Part shown: positions 11,900 to 22,110 of the stretch, one piece after another | Numbering within the stretch: the first letter of the stretch is position 1 | Layout: each line of letters begins with the position of its first letter | Assembly: GCF_963921235.1 (NCBI RefSeq) | Contig: NC_086106.1 | Span: forward strand, 21,452,001-21,485,000 | Reading direction: 5' to 3' | From: Mobula hypostoma | Lineage: Eukaryota | DNA length: 33,000 nucleotides | Position numbers and translations under genes: made by a program | Notes under the pieces: generated by a model | What the model saw: only the letters and a program-made list of their open reading frames with translations | Told to the model about the DNA's origin: nothing | Databases searched by the model: none

Positions 11900-12830
11900 C
11901 TATTGGAAGATAGGAAGGGCGTAAATGGTGGGACAGCACTTAATCCCCAATATGCTGTTCTATAGGATTTTGCCGTTGAAATAATTCACTGAAAGACGCA
12001 GTCTGTAGCAGGTCGGGTCCTCGGCAGCAGAAAAATTCAACCTTATGTCGTTCATTAGTTGGATATTGTTATGTACAGTATTAGTTGGATCTATTAGCCC
12101 GATGTTCTTCTGCCCGGATCTCAGGATTAGAGATTTTACTTGGGTAGCTGTATCGAGACCTTCACTCTGTGTGATATTAATAATTACTTTGTGATTTTGT
12201 GCCATGAATTTGATGTGAAAGTAGTGTTATTGCATAAAAGCGGTGTACTGCGTAGACAGTTGTCACATTTTGCACCGAGATTTCGAGAGGATTTACAGTT
12301 GGATGGAGAAATGAGAAATTACTTTTAAAACTGAAAAAAGAAGTTCAAAATAAAGAACATAAGAACATCGAACGTAAAGCCTGAGTACAAAGTTATTCGA
12401 AGGATTCTTAGCGGTGCAGAGTTGCAGAGGGATCTCGGCATTCACGTGATTAGATTCATCATTGCTGCATGCAAGTTTATGAAGTAATAATACGGTGTGC
12501 TGTCCTTTATTGGACTGGATATTGATTTTAAAAGCCGCGAGCTAATTGTATACCTTTGCAATGGTCTACTGAGACAACAGCAAGAGAAAAGTGTTAATTT
12601 CCGTCCGCCTCAGAGGATGTCGAAAGCATAGTGAGAGAGCTCAGAATATTTAAATGAGTCCGCATTTTACGGATAATGCTTTAAGGGAAAATTTTGATCA
12701 AACTAGAGCTTTCAGCTCTGGAGAAAATGCTGGCTGTCAGTCAACTTAATAGATGAGCGGAAGGTTATGAGAGTAATGAATAGTGTCTCCCCAGCCCCCA
12801 GGGCGGTAATGACAAACACTACAATTCTTC
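11900..12830 (+). mobile_element. Old CR1 LINE RT-to-3' fragment, interrupted by the LTR at 12835
   Basis: GCAGAGGGATCTCGGCATTCAC, TCCTTTATTGGACTGGATATTGATTTTAAAAGCCGCGAG, GGATGTCGAAAGC and CCCAGGGCGGTAATGACAAACAC are collinear with younger CR1 copies in this window. The left boundary is approximate. Confidence 0.65.
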
Positions 12831-12834
12831 CGTA

Positions 12835-13422
12835 TGTAACCCATCAGGCTTGCCGCTCACGTTCGTCTAGGGCAATCATCTTCGGCCCCACCAAACACCG
12901 TATTCAAATTTGGGTGGATGCTGTGTAATGTATTCCAGTCACAAACGCACAATGCAAATTATCAGACTATATTACCATATACAATCAAATTATAAACTTT
13001 ATGAATTTGAATTCAAATATAGGCTTAGCTTGAAAATAAACAAACCAAAATAAAAGAGCCCGCAGTTAAATTCTCAAAATACGTCGGAGCTCCCGCAGCA
13101 GGTATTCCTCAACTAACGACTTCAGCTGAAACGTCGCCGACCCTAGCACCCTCGGATTCCAGTATACACAGTCCGTTGCTTTACCAGCGCTGTCCATACA
13201 CGTCCTTCCTCTTCACAATCCTTGATCGAACAAACAGCGAAAAACCCGATTTCCAGACAAACAAGAAAGAATAACATTTTTTTTCCCCATTACATTGCCC
13301 TGATTACCAAATTACCGTTATCTCTACTAATAACCCAAACATCGCAGCGACAGACAAACCATTACCACGGCAGTTAATATTACAGAGAAGCCATTACATT
13401 AGCCTTAGCAGTTAACATTACA
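12835..13422 (-). repeat. LTR (3' LTR of the provirus)
   Basis: TGTAAC... at 12835 and ...TTACA at 13422 (alternative end 13398); similar to the LTR remnant next to the PBS. No matching TSD seen. Confidence 0.75.
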
Positions 13423-13716
13423 ATGACGCCCTGCATTCTGCAAGTGGGACGAAGGAGCTGCCTGCGTAGGCAGCATCTTCCACCGTATGAATCCAATTCA
13501 CGACTTGCAGTATTCGTCAACCTCCAACCTCATTCCGGGCCAGTAAAGCCTGTTTTCGAGCAATTCATAGGTCTCTTCTACCCCCAAATGTCCAGAATCA
13601 TCATGAAGTGACCTCAATATAATCCTCCGATACTTCTCCAGCAGGATCAGCTGGCAACGCCGCGGTCAGTCCGGGGGGACGTGACCCGGTATATGATCTG
13701 GTTCTTCAACTTCTAA
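13423..13716 (-). pseudogene. Gypsy integrase N-terminal HHCC zinc-finger region
   Basis: LKNQIIYRVTSP..QLILLEKYRRIILRSLHDDSGHLGVEETYELLENRLYWPGMRLEVDEYCKS*IGFIRWKMLPTQAAPSSHLQNAG. Confidence 0.85.
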
Positions 13717-16272
13717 CATGAACCATAGAAACCATGGAAAAACTACAGCACAGAAACAGGCCTTTTGGCCCTTCTTGACTGTGCCGAACTATTTTCTGCT
13801 TAGTCCCACTGACCTGCACACGGACCATATCCCTCCATAGACCTCCCACCCATGTATCTGTCCAATTTATTCTCCAATGTTAAAAAAAAAGAACCCGCAT
13901 TTACCAGCTCGTCTGGTACCACCTCGTCTGGTAGCTCATTCCATACTCCTACCACTCTCTGTGTGAAGAGCACCCCCCTCCCCACACCCAAAAGTGCCCT
14001 TTAAACGTTTCCACCCTCAGCCTTAACCCATGCCCTCTTTTTTTTTAATCCCCTTGTCTCAGTGGAAAAAGCCTGCTTGCATTCATTCTATCTATACCCA
14101 ACATATCTTTATATACACTTATCAAATCTCTCCTCATTCCTCTACGCTCCCGGGAATAAAGTCCTAACCTATTCAATCTCTCTTTGTAACTAATTTTCTC
14201 AAATACCGGGAACACCCTTGTAAATCTTCTCTGCACACTTTCAACCTTATGAAAATTCTTCCTTTAATTTGGTAACCAAAATTGAACACAATGCTCCAGA
14301 TTCGGCCTCACCAATGCCTTATAAAACCTCATCATAACATTCCATCTCTTATACTCACCATTTTGATTCATAAAGGCCAATGTACCAAAAGTTCTCTTTA
14401 CGACCCTATCTGCATGTGACGCCACTTCTAGGGAATTTTGTATCTGTATTTCCAGATCCCTCTGCTCTACTGCATTCCTCAGTGCCTCAACATTTACCCT
14501 GTATGTTCTACCTTGGTTTGTCGTTCCAAAGTGCAATGCCTCACACTAGTCTGTATTAAACTCCATCTGCCATTTTTCAGACCTTTTTTTCCAGCTGGTC
14601 CAAGTCTCTCTGCAGGCTCTGAAAACCTTCCTTACTGTCCAGTACACCTCCAATCTTTGTATCGTCAGAAAATTTGCTGATCCAATTTATCACATTATCA
14701 TCAAGAACATTGATATGGATGACAAATATCAATGGACCCTGCACTGATCCCTGTGGCACACCACTAGTCAGAGGCCTCCACTCTGAGAAACAATTATTTA
14801 CTACCACTCTTTGGCTTCTTCCATTGAGCCAATGTCTAATCCAATTTACTACCTCTCCATGTATACCAAGAGACTGAATTTTCCTAACTAACCTCCCAAG
14901 TGGGACCTTGTCAAAAGTCTTACTGAAATCCATGTAAACACCATCCACTGCCTTCCCTTCATCCACTTTCCTGGTAACCTTCTCGAAAAACTCCAATAGA
15001 TTGGGCAAACATGACCCACCACGCACATAGCCATGTTGACTCTCTCTAATAAGTGTCAGTCTATCCAAATGCTAGTAGATTCTGTCTCTTAGTACACCCT
15101 CCAGTACCTTACCACTACCGATGTCAAATTTACCGGCCTATAATTTCCCGGATTACTTTTCTTTTTTTTTCAAACAACGGAAAACATGAGTGACTCCAAT
15201 TCTCCGGCACCGCACCCGTAAACACCGACATGTTAAGTATATCTGCCAGGGCCCCTGCAATTTCAACACTAGTCTCCTTCAAGGTCCGAAGGAATACCCT
15301 GTCATGTCCTAGGAATTTATCCACTTTAATTTGCCTCAAGATAGCAAGCACCTCCTCCTTTTCAATCTGTACAGTTTCCACGATCTCACTGTTTGTTTCC
15401 CATAATTCCACAGACTTCATGCCAGTTTCCTTAGTAAACAGAGATGCAAAAAAATAAAAATATTTAAGATCTGCCCCATTTCTTTGGTTCCGCACATAGG
15501 TGAACACTGTGATCTTCAAGAGGACCAATTTTATCCGTTACAATCATTTTACTCTAAATATACCTGTAAAAGCTCTTTGGAATTTCCTTGACTTTGGCTG
15601 AAAAGGCGACCTTATGTCTTCTTGTGGTCCTCCTGATTTCTTTCTTAAGTATTTTATTGCACTTTTTATACTATTCAAGCACCATCATTACTCTCTGTTT
15701 CCTATACATTTCATACAACTCTCTCTTCTTCTTTATCAGAGTTGCAATAACGCTTGAGAACCAAGGTTCCTTATTCCTATTTACTTTGCCTTTAATCTTG
15801 ACAGGAACATACAAGCTCTGCAATCTCAGAATTTCTCCTTTGAATGTTTCCCACTAACCGGTCACATTTTTGCCAGAGAACAACCTGCCCCAATCCACGC
15901 TTTTTAGATCCTTTCCCATTTCTCCAATTTGGCCTTCTTCCAGTTCAGAAACTCAATCCTCGGACCAGATCTATCCCTGTCCGTGATCAAGTTGAAAGTA
16001 ATGGTGTTACGAATCACTGGAACCAAAGTGCTCCCCTACACACATGAGTCCTAACTCGTTTCCTAACAGGATATCCAATATTGCATCCCCTCTAGTTGGT
16101 ACCTCTATATATTGATATAGAAAATTTTCCTGAAAACATTTTACAAATTCTAAACCATCTAAACCCCTAACAGTATGGGAGTCCCAATCAATATATGGAA
16201 ATTTAAAATTCCCTACCACCACAACTGTATGTTTCCTGCAGTTGACTGCTATCTTTCTGCAGATTTGCTCCT
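13717..16272 (-). mobile_element. 5'-truncated CR1 LINE (late endonuclease, RT, 3' UTR, tail) nested in Gypsy pol
   Basis: VVGNFKFPYIDW...PTRGDAILDILLGNE; LIRESQHGYVRGGSCLPNLLEFFE...VYMDFSKTFDKVP...SGVPQGSVQGPLIF...KFSDDTKIGG; reverse tail CATGAACCATAGAAACCATGG at 13717. Confidence 0.95.
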
Positions 16273-18800
16273 CCGAGGCCATTGTTTCAGTAATGGAGGC
16301 ACCAAAGCGTGTGTTGCCTTCTCCGTCTGAAGCATGTCGCCCTTTTCAACTGTGTATCAAATCCTGCCAATGCCCGGATCATCTCGCTGTGCAGTTGCCA
16401 CTTCCCCAGAACTCAAGTCCGGCAGCTGCTTGTTTTCTGTTCAGTCAAGTTACAGTAAACTTGGGGTATGGCGCCATCAGAAGCCTCCAATTGATCCACA
16501 GCTCGACCCGGCCTCTCATTTTCCTCGGCCTTCATGATGATGGCAAATTGACACGTGGTCTTCATCCCACGGGCAAGAATACTGTCTCGTCCCTGTCCAG
16601 TCCCCCATGCATCCAACGGGACAAGGCATCCGCATCGGCATTTCGGCTCCCTGGCCGGTTCTTCAGTTTGAAATCATAGGTAGGCAAAGCTGCCAAACAC
16701 TGATGCCCTGTGGCATCAGTTTCGCCCAGGTCAGGATGCAGGTTAGAGGTTGTTTTCCGTCCTCAACTCAAACTTTGGCCCGTAGAGATAGTCACTCAGC
16801 TTATCCATCATCGCCCATTTCAACGCCAGGAATTCTAACTTGTGGTTGTAGTAGTTTATCTCGGAGGGCGAGAAATTCCAGCCGAAAAACTCCACAGGAC
16901 TCAACACGTTGCCCTGATGCTGATACATGACACCCCCTAACCCCTCTCGGCTGGCATCTGTATGTAGTACATACAGCAATCTGGTCTCCGCAAAAGCCAG
17001 CAGCGGTGCCTGCGTCAGCAATTCTTTCAGCAATTGAAATCCTCCCCACATTTTGCATAAACCTCTGTCCGAAGGGCTCTGACGGGGTTAGATATTCCGC
17101 AACCTCCCCTCTTTCCTTTCCTTTCCCCTTTTTTTCCCAAAGGGAGGGTACCCACACAGAAGCTGATTCAAGGGGTGACTCACTTTGGCGTGACATTTCA
17201 TGAATCTCAGATAATAACCACAGAACGCAAGGAACGAACACAGAGCGCTCATAGTCTGGGGTCTCGGGCAAGTTGTCACTGCATTTTTCTTAGCCGGATC
17301 AGTAGCCACTCCATATCCCGAGATTATATGCCCAGCATAGCTAACAACGTTTTGCAGAATTGGTAGCTGTCCACGGAGAGTTTTAACCCTTGAACATTCA
17401 GGCGGCCTAGCAACTTCAGTAGCCTCGCTTCGTGTTCTTCCAAGGTGGATCCAACTTCTATCTGTTCATCCAAATATACAAATATACCCTAACCCTCTGG
17501 AAGGTGACAGCTGCTCCCGATATGCGTGGGGTATCCTTTCGAACTGGAAGAAATCCCAGGGGACATGTAATTGCCTTCTTCTCTTTATCGGTATCACTCA
17601 TCGGGATCTGGTAATATCCACTCCTCAAGTCCAGTACACTAAACGACTTCACACCACTCAGGCAGGCCAGGGCGCCTAGACGCTTGAGCCCGTATACTGG
17701 TCAGAGACGGTACGCCATGTCAGCGTCCGATAGTCCACACACATGCGTACTTTCCCGTTCTTCATTGATATTTCCAACTTCCTTCAACTTACACAAGTGC
17801 TGCCGCACGTCTTCCACATTTGAAGGGGCCAGTCGGCGCGACCTCTCTCTAAAGGAGGTGTCCTCGGTCACCGGGATCGTGTGACATGTGCTCTTGGAAG
17901 AACCCACATCAAACTCCCCAATGTAAAAGACACCTTCCAGCTTCAACATTTTCTCTACCAGCCTCCCTTTCCAGCCCGGCGGCACAGGAGAGTCCCTGAA
18001 TTTAAATGCCTCAAAGGTCAACTTGTCCCCTTTTTCCAATTGTTTCTCCTCATCGTGCCTCACGGGGCACCAGACATTATCGTCACCGGGAACAAATGTG
18101 ACAGAGGCATCCCTCTCTTAAACGTGACCTCCTCTTCGCAGTATTCCTGACGATCATAGCAATCATGCTCGGCTGTACAACCGAGGGCCTCTGCAGTTCG
18201 GGCCTCACCAGCACCCCAGCCGCAAAACCCGACTCCCCCTTGAGGTTTTCCGGAGCTTCGATGAAGAGGGCTTCTACGTCAGGCACTCCGGGAAATCTGG
18301 GGGTTCCCTTCGGTCCGGCTACTGGCCAGGGCCGTATCACGTTAGGCTTTGACGGGGTGCAACACACTGTCCCTCGTTTAAATTCGGTATCCGGTCAATA
18401 CGGAAACGTATTTCCTCAATCACAGCTCGAAACACTGAGTGTATAGATAAGATCCAGAAAATGCTCACACCCACCTTCTTGCAGGCCCCCATTAGACTCT
18501 CGTACAAAAAAAGATTGGTCCCCACCAGAATTAAAACGCCAAGATCTCCAGTTTCACTGAGAAATAACTGTCGTACGGATAATCACCAGCACTGATTCTC
18601 TAAATCTCCAGCTCACTGAATGGGGTCAAATGCAAGTGCTTCAGATACTGGTTGTGGAACGAACGGTACAGTAACATCGCCTGCCAGCCGGTGTCGAGGG
18701 GGGCTTTAGAATAAATTACCTCATCCGTAGCGCCACGCTGGAGCGGGGTCCCACTAATCCTTCAGTAATAGGGTATTTTGATTTCGGGACTTCCTTGGCA
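16273..18800 (-). pseudogene. Gypsy pol: aspartic protease, RT, RNase H (frameshifted)
   Basis: PR KAPLDTGWQAMLLYRSF (DTG at ~18687-18695). RT TPVTEDTSFRERSRRLAP-like segment, FSVLDLRSGYYQIPM, and VYLDE (YLDD variant at 17465-17476). RH QAPLLAF...LHTDASREGLGGVMYQ...HKLEFLALKWAM, YDFKLKNRPGSRNADADALSR. Confidence 0.92.
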
Positions 18801-19139
18801 CATTGCTGGGAATGTGTGTTCCCCAAGAGATACAAGGCCGTTCCCTCATTGGGTCTTCTCAAATTTTCCCGATAACTTTCCCTGCTTGGATACCCGGGGA
18901 CTCACTCTGCGAGTGGCTTCCTGCAGCTCACATTCCCGCCGGGTGACCCTCTTCGCTACAGTCATGTTACACGTTGCAGCCGCCCCCCCCCCCCAACCCC
19001 CGCAGTTCTCAGGGAACCCCGGCCACCCGCAGTCTTCTACGTGGTTCTTCCCCTGAAGGATTGAGGGGGGAGTGGTTGGCTCTCTACCAGTATTCTCATA
19101 CAAAGTGTCCACCTCCGCCATGAACCCCGTCACCTGTCA

Positions 19140-20279
19140 GTTCTCAGTTCTGCCGCCACCTCCTTTACCACTTCCTGGGTTGAGCTGGTCCCGGTCAGTT
19201 GACCACATAGGGCTATTACCGAGCACTGCACCCTTCTGACGGAGTCCTCTCGAGCCGCAACGCGTTCTCATCGTCCCGCACCTCTCTGATCAGCCGAACG
19301 AATGATGGCGGGGGTCGCGCGTTTGACAGAACTGCCGGAGACTCCAAGCAATCCTGTCCTGCGCATGGGTGCCCCGAGTTACCCGGTCCGTCCTTAGCTG
19401 ATCCACATCAATCATCTGAATAACCTCCAGCGCAGCAAACGTTTTAGCCGTCTCTGTCGCCAAAACAGGTACGCAGAAAGCTTTTCCCCCTGCTCCTGAC
19501 GCATGTATTGAAGCTCACGGGAGCTCACGGGCAGACCAAAAGCGCCTTCAACTGCATCCAGATACTCAGCAAGGGAGGCAGAGGGCTGCTTAACGTTCAC
19601 GTCTCTTACTACCTCAGCCGCCAACCCCTTCAAACTTTCAAGCAATCTCTGCCGCTTTTCATTATCAGAGCACTGCCACTCACTTAAAAACTGAGACATC
19701 TGCCTCACCCAGGTCTCATAATCCTCCGCCCCCTCGAGTGTGGACGTTATTCCGGAGAACATTCGTAGCTTTTGGCGGGATCCGCTGCCTTACTCGCCAG
19801 GGAGGTAATGCCGAATGCCTGCTTAGAACTCTCATCCTTCACTGGGGGATGGGAACTAATCAAACTTTCTAAATCCGACTACACTTTCCCCTCATCCCTC
19901 AGAAACGATAAAACCCGTCCTGTAAAGTCTCCTCCTTCAACTGCTGGCAAATCAGCTCGCGACCCAGCCGGCTGAGCTCCGTTTCCCTCCTCCGTGACAG
20001 TATGAGCACGACATGGTCACGTCTCCCCGGATCACCAATAGACGCTGGCAGTTCCACTTCGCTGACATCAGAGCTAGTCTGAACAAGCACAAGTTCTGAT
20101 CTCGCCGTTTTATGAAACTCTCGCGCTACAATTTCAACCTTGCATACAGCTTTAACCATACTTGTACTACGAATTAACAATTCATCTAGGTTACGAATGT
20201 CCATCACACACAACACGCACGCATTAATTACCGATAATCCCTTAGATGCACACGAGCTTTCAACCTCAGCAGCATCCAT
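19140..20279 (-). pseudogene. Gypsy gag of PNMA type (N-terminal domain plus capsid)
   Basis: MDAAEVESSCASKGLSVINACVL... (19899-20279) and FSGITSTLEGAEDYETWVRQMSQFLSEWQCSDNEKRQRLLESLKGLAAEVVR...EYLDAVEGAFG (19412-19762), matching the PNMA capsid signature FSG...E.FE.W.....W..SD.EK+RRL+ESL.G.A. Confidence 0.85.
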
Positions 20280-20322
20280 ATCAGCTCTAATTTAAACAGG
20301 GCGATCACACAGCATCCAACGG

Positions 20323-20346
20323 AATCAAATCCCGGAGCGGCCGCCA
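20323..20346 (-). promoter_or_regulatory. Degenerate primer-binding site complementary to tRNA-Pro
   Basis: The plus strand reads AATCAAATCCCGGAGCGGCCGCCA against the vertebrate tRNA-Pro 3' end GTTCAAATCCCGGACGAGCCCCCA (TCAAATCCCGGA exact). It sits between gag and the LTR remnant. Confidence 0.7.
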
Positions 20347-20477
20347 CAAGACGTTCGTCTTGGGTAATCAGCCTTTGGCCCCGCCAAAAGGCTATTTCAA
20401 GTTTGGGTGGATGCTGTGCAACGTATTCTCGTCACAAACGCAAAATACAAATTGTTAGACGTATCATAGTCTACCAT
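20347..20477 (-). repeat. 5' LTR remnant (PBS-proximal end)
   Basis: ACGTTCGTCT...TTTGGGTGGATGCTGTG...GTCACAAACGCA is shared with 12859-12978. Confidence 0.8.
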
Positions 20478-20559
20478 TTCCAGTGTTCAGGCTTCTTACA
20501 TTATCGTTATGTGTTTCAGAGGCTCTGCCAATCTACTTTCTTAATGGTGACATCATGCT

Positions 20560-20985
20560 GGATTTTAGCTTGTTCTATGCTCTCATCACTGTTAGCCACG
20601 TTCCTCTCCTTTCTCTCCATAACCTTTAACGCCCTGATTTATTCAATAGTCTATATCAATCTCCACCTTATAGAAAATGAATTGATATGCACAGCAGTCT
20701 GTGACAATGAATTCCGTAGATTCACTACTCTCTGCCTATAGATGTCATTTCCCTGTACCTACAGATATCCATTCTGAGGTTGTACCCTCTGCTCCCAAAT
20801 ACCTCCAAATCGGAACAATCCTTTCCACACCCACACTATCAAGACTTTATGATGTTGGATAAGTTTCAGTGAAAACACACTCAATCTTCTAAACCCTGGC
20901 AAATACAGGCGCAGCCTCATCATCCGCTCCTGACATTTTCACGCGTTGATACCAGGGATCATTTCCGTGACCCTTCCTTTAAAAA
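20560..20985 (-). mobile_element. Old CR1 3' fragment
   Basis: ACAGCAGTCTGTGACAATGAATTCCGTAGATTCACTACTCTCTG and GATACCAGGGATCATT, the reverse of the CR1 ORF2 C-terminus. Confidence 0.7.
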
Positions 20986-21020
20986 GTAACCAATGACAGC
21001 ACACCTTTTCTCAGATAGTG

Positions 21021-21440
21021 GTAAGACCAGAAGACAATTCGATATATGGTTGGAAGTAGGTCATGGCCCATCGAATCTGCTTTGCCTTTCAATCATGGGC
21101 TGATCCAAGTCTTCCTGTCATCCCGACTGCCCTACTTTTACACCTTGATGCCCTGGCTAATCAAGAACATATCTATGTTTACCTTAAATATACCCAATGT
21201 GTTGTCTTCCACAGCCGCTCGTAACAACAATTTGCATAGAGATACAACGGTCTGACTGAAGTAATTTCCCCTCATTTCAGTTCTAAATGGACTTCCTTCA
21301 ATCCTGAAGTCTTGCACTCTTGTCCTAGAATCGCCTACCTTGGGAAATATCTTTGCAATATCTGATCTTTTCAGGCTCTTAAACATTCGGAATGTTTCTG
21401 TGATACCCACTTCATTCTCCTGAACACCAGAGAATACATC
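21021..21440 (-). mobile_element. CR1 3' fragment with HE1-like 3' UTR
   Basis: GDSRTRVQDFRIEGSPFRTEMRGNYFSQTVVSL (ORF 21138-21470); reverse 3' UTR GGCCCATCGAATCTGCTTTGCCTTTCAATCATGGGCTGATC. Confidence 0.85.
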
Positions 21441-21820
21441 TAAAGCCACAAGCCACGTTAACGAGTCCACAACTCCTCGCGATAATACAGCTGTAGCCTT
21501 CCAAATAAATTAAATATAGTCCACAACTGCATTTTTTCGACTAATGTGGATGATAGTTCCTTATAGAACACCAATTAAATAAACTTCTTCCTTCCTTTTG
21601 ATCCCATGCTCCGCATGTCTTGCCACCCGACGATACCTTGTACTACCATCCCACCGCCCCACGCCCCCCCCCCCATTTCTTCGATTGAACAATCTTATCG
21701 GTAACACCGAACAAGTTCCCTACCGGCTATTTTGGGATTTCGGTTGTGCATTTCCAAGAACACGTATGTTTGAATTTTACATTGCCAAATATATGCTTAA
21801 CGGCATAATTAGTAGGTTTC

Positions 21821-21868
21821 CACAAACATACACGAAATGCTGGAGCAACTCAGCCTGTTAGGTACCAT
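21821..21868. repeat. Short fragment of an abundant elasmobranch interspersed repeat (possibly a Penelope-like element terminus)
   Basis: CATACACGAAATGCTGGAGCAACTCAGC resembles the remembered motif ACACAAAATGCTGGAGGAACTCAGC. Short match only. Confidence 0.3.
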
Positions 21869-21929
21869 GTATAGTGTCGTTTCCCGCGTGCCTTCTCCTA
21901 TCTTTGGGAAGTTTTTATTAAAGGTTTTA

Positions 21930-22110
21930 CTGAATGTATCCGAAATTCTCAACCACAAAACGATCTGTCATCTGACCACGTTCATAGTCTAGTACCAAAT
22001 GCATTATGGCCTTTCCTCTCGTCGGCCTGTCTACCTGTTTTGTCGGCATTCCTTCCTGTGCAGAGCTAACAAATTCTACTCCACATAAACCTAGAAATCT
22101 AAGAGGCGCC
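21930..22110 (-). mobile_element. Old CR1 endonuclease fragment
   Basis: KQVDRPTRGKAIMHLVLDYERGQMTDRFVVENFG (cf. QYV..PTRG.AILDLVLGNE.GQV.D..VGEHFG). Confidence 0.7.

Larger units (their letters stand above)
12835..20477 (-). mobile_element. Ty3/Gypsy provirus with PNMA-like gag (5' LTR remnant-PBS-gag-PR-RT-RH-[CR1 insertion]-IN N-terminus-3' LTR); degenerate
   Basis: Domains are collinear on the minus strand, with directly repeated LTR sequence at both ends (12859-12978 vs 20351-20477, about 80% identical by hand alignment). Confidence 0.85.

Noticed and set aside
11960-12205. 81-aa minus ORF and a signal-peptide-like plus frame MSFISWILLCTVLVGSISP (12045-12194)
   Set aside because: Both overlap an old CR1 RT remnant. 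The plus frame stops after 49 codons without a splice donor.
12831-13426. Solo LTR with target-site duplication
   Set aside because: The flanks (CGTA vs ATGA or TTAG) do not match, and the right flank is integrase sequence of the same provirus.
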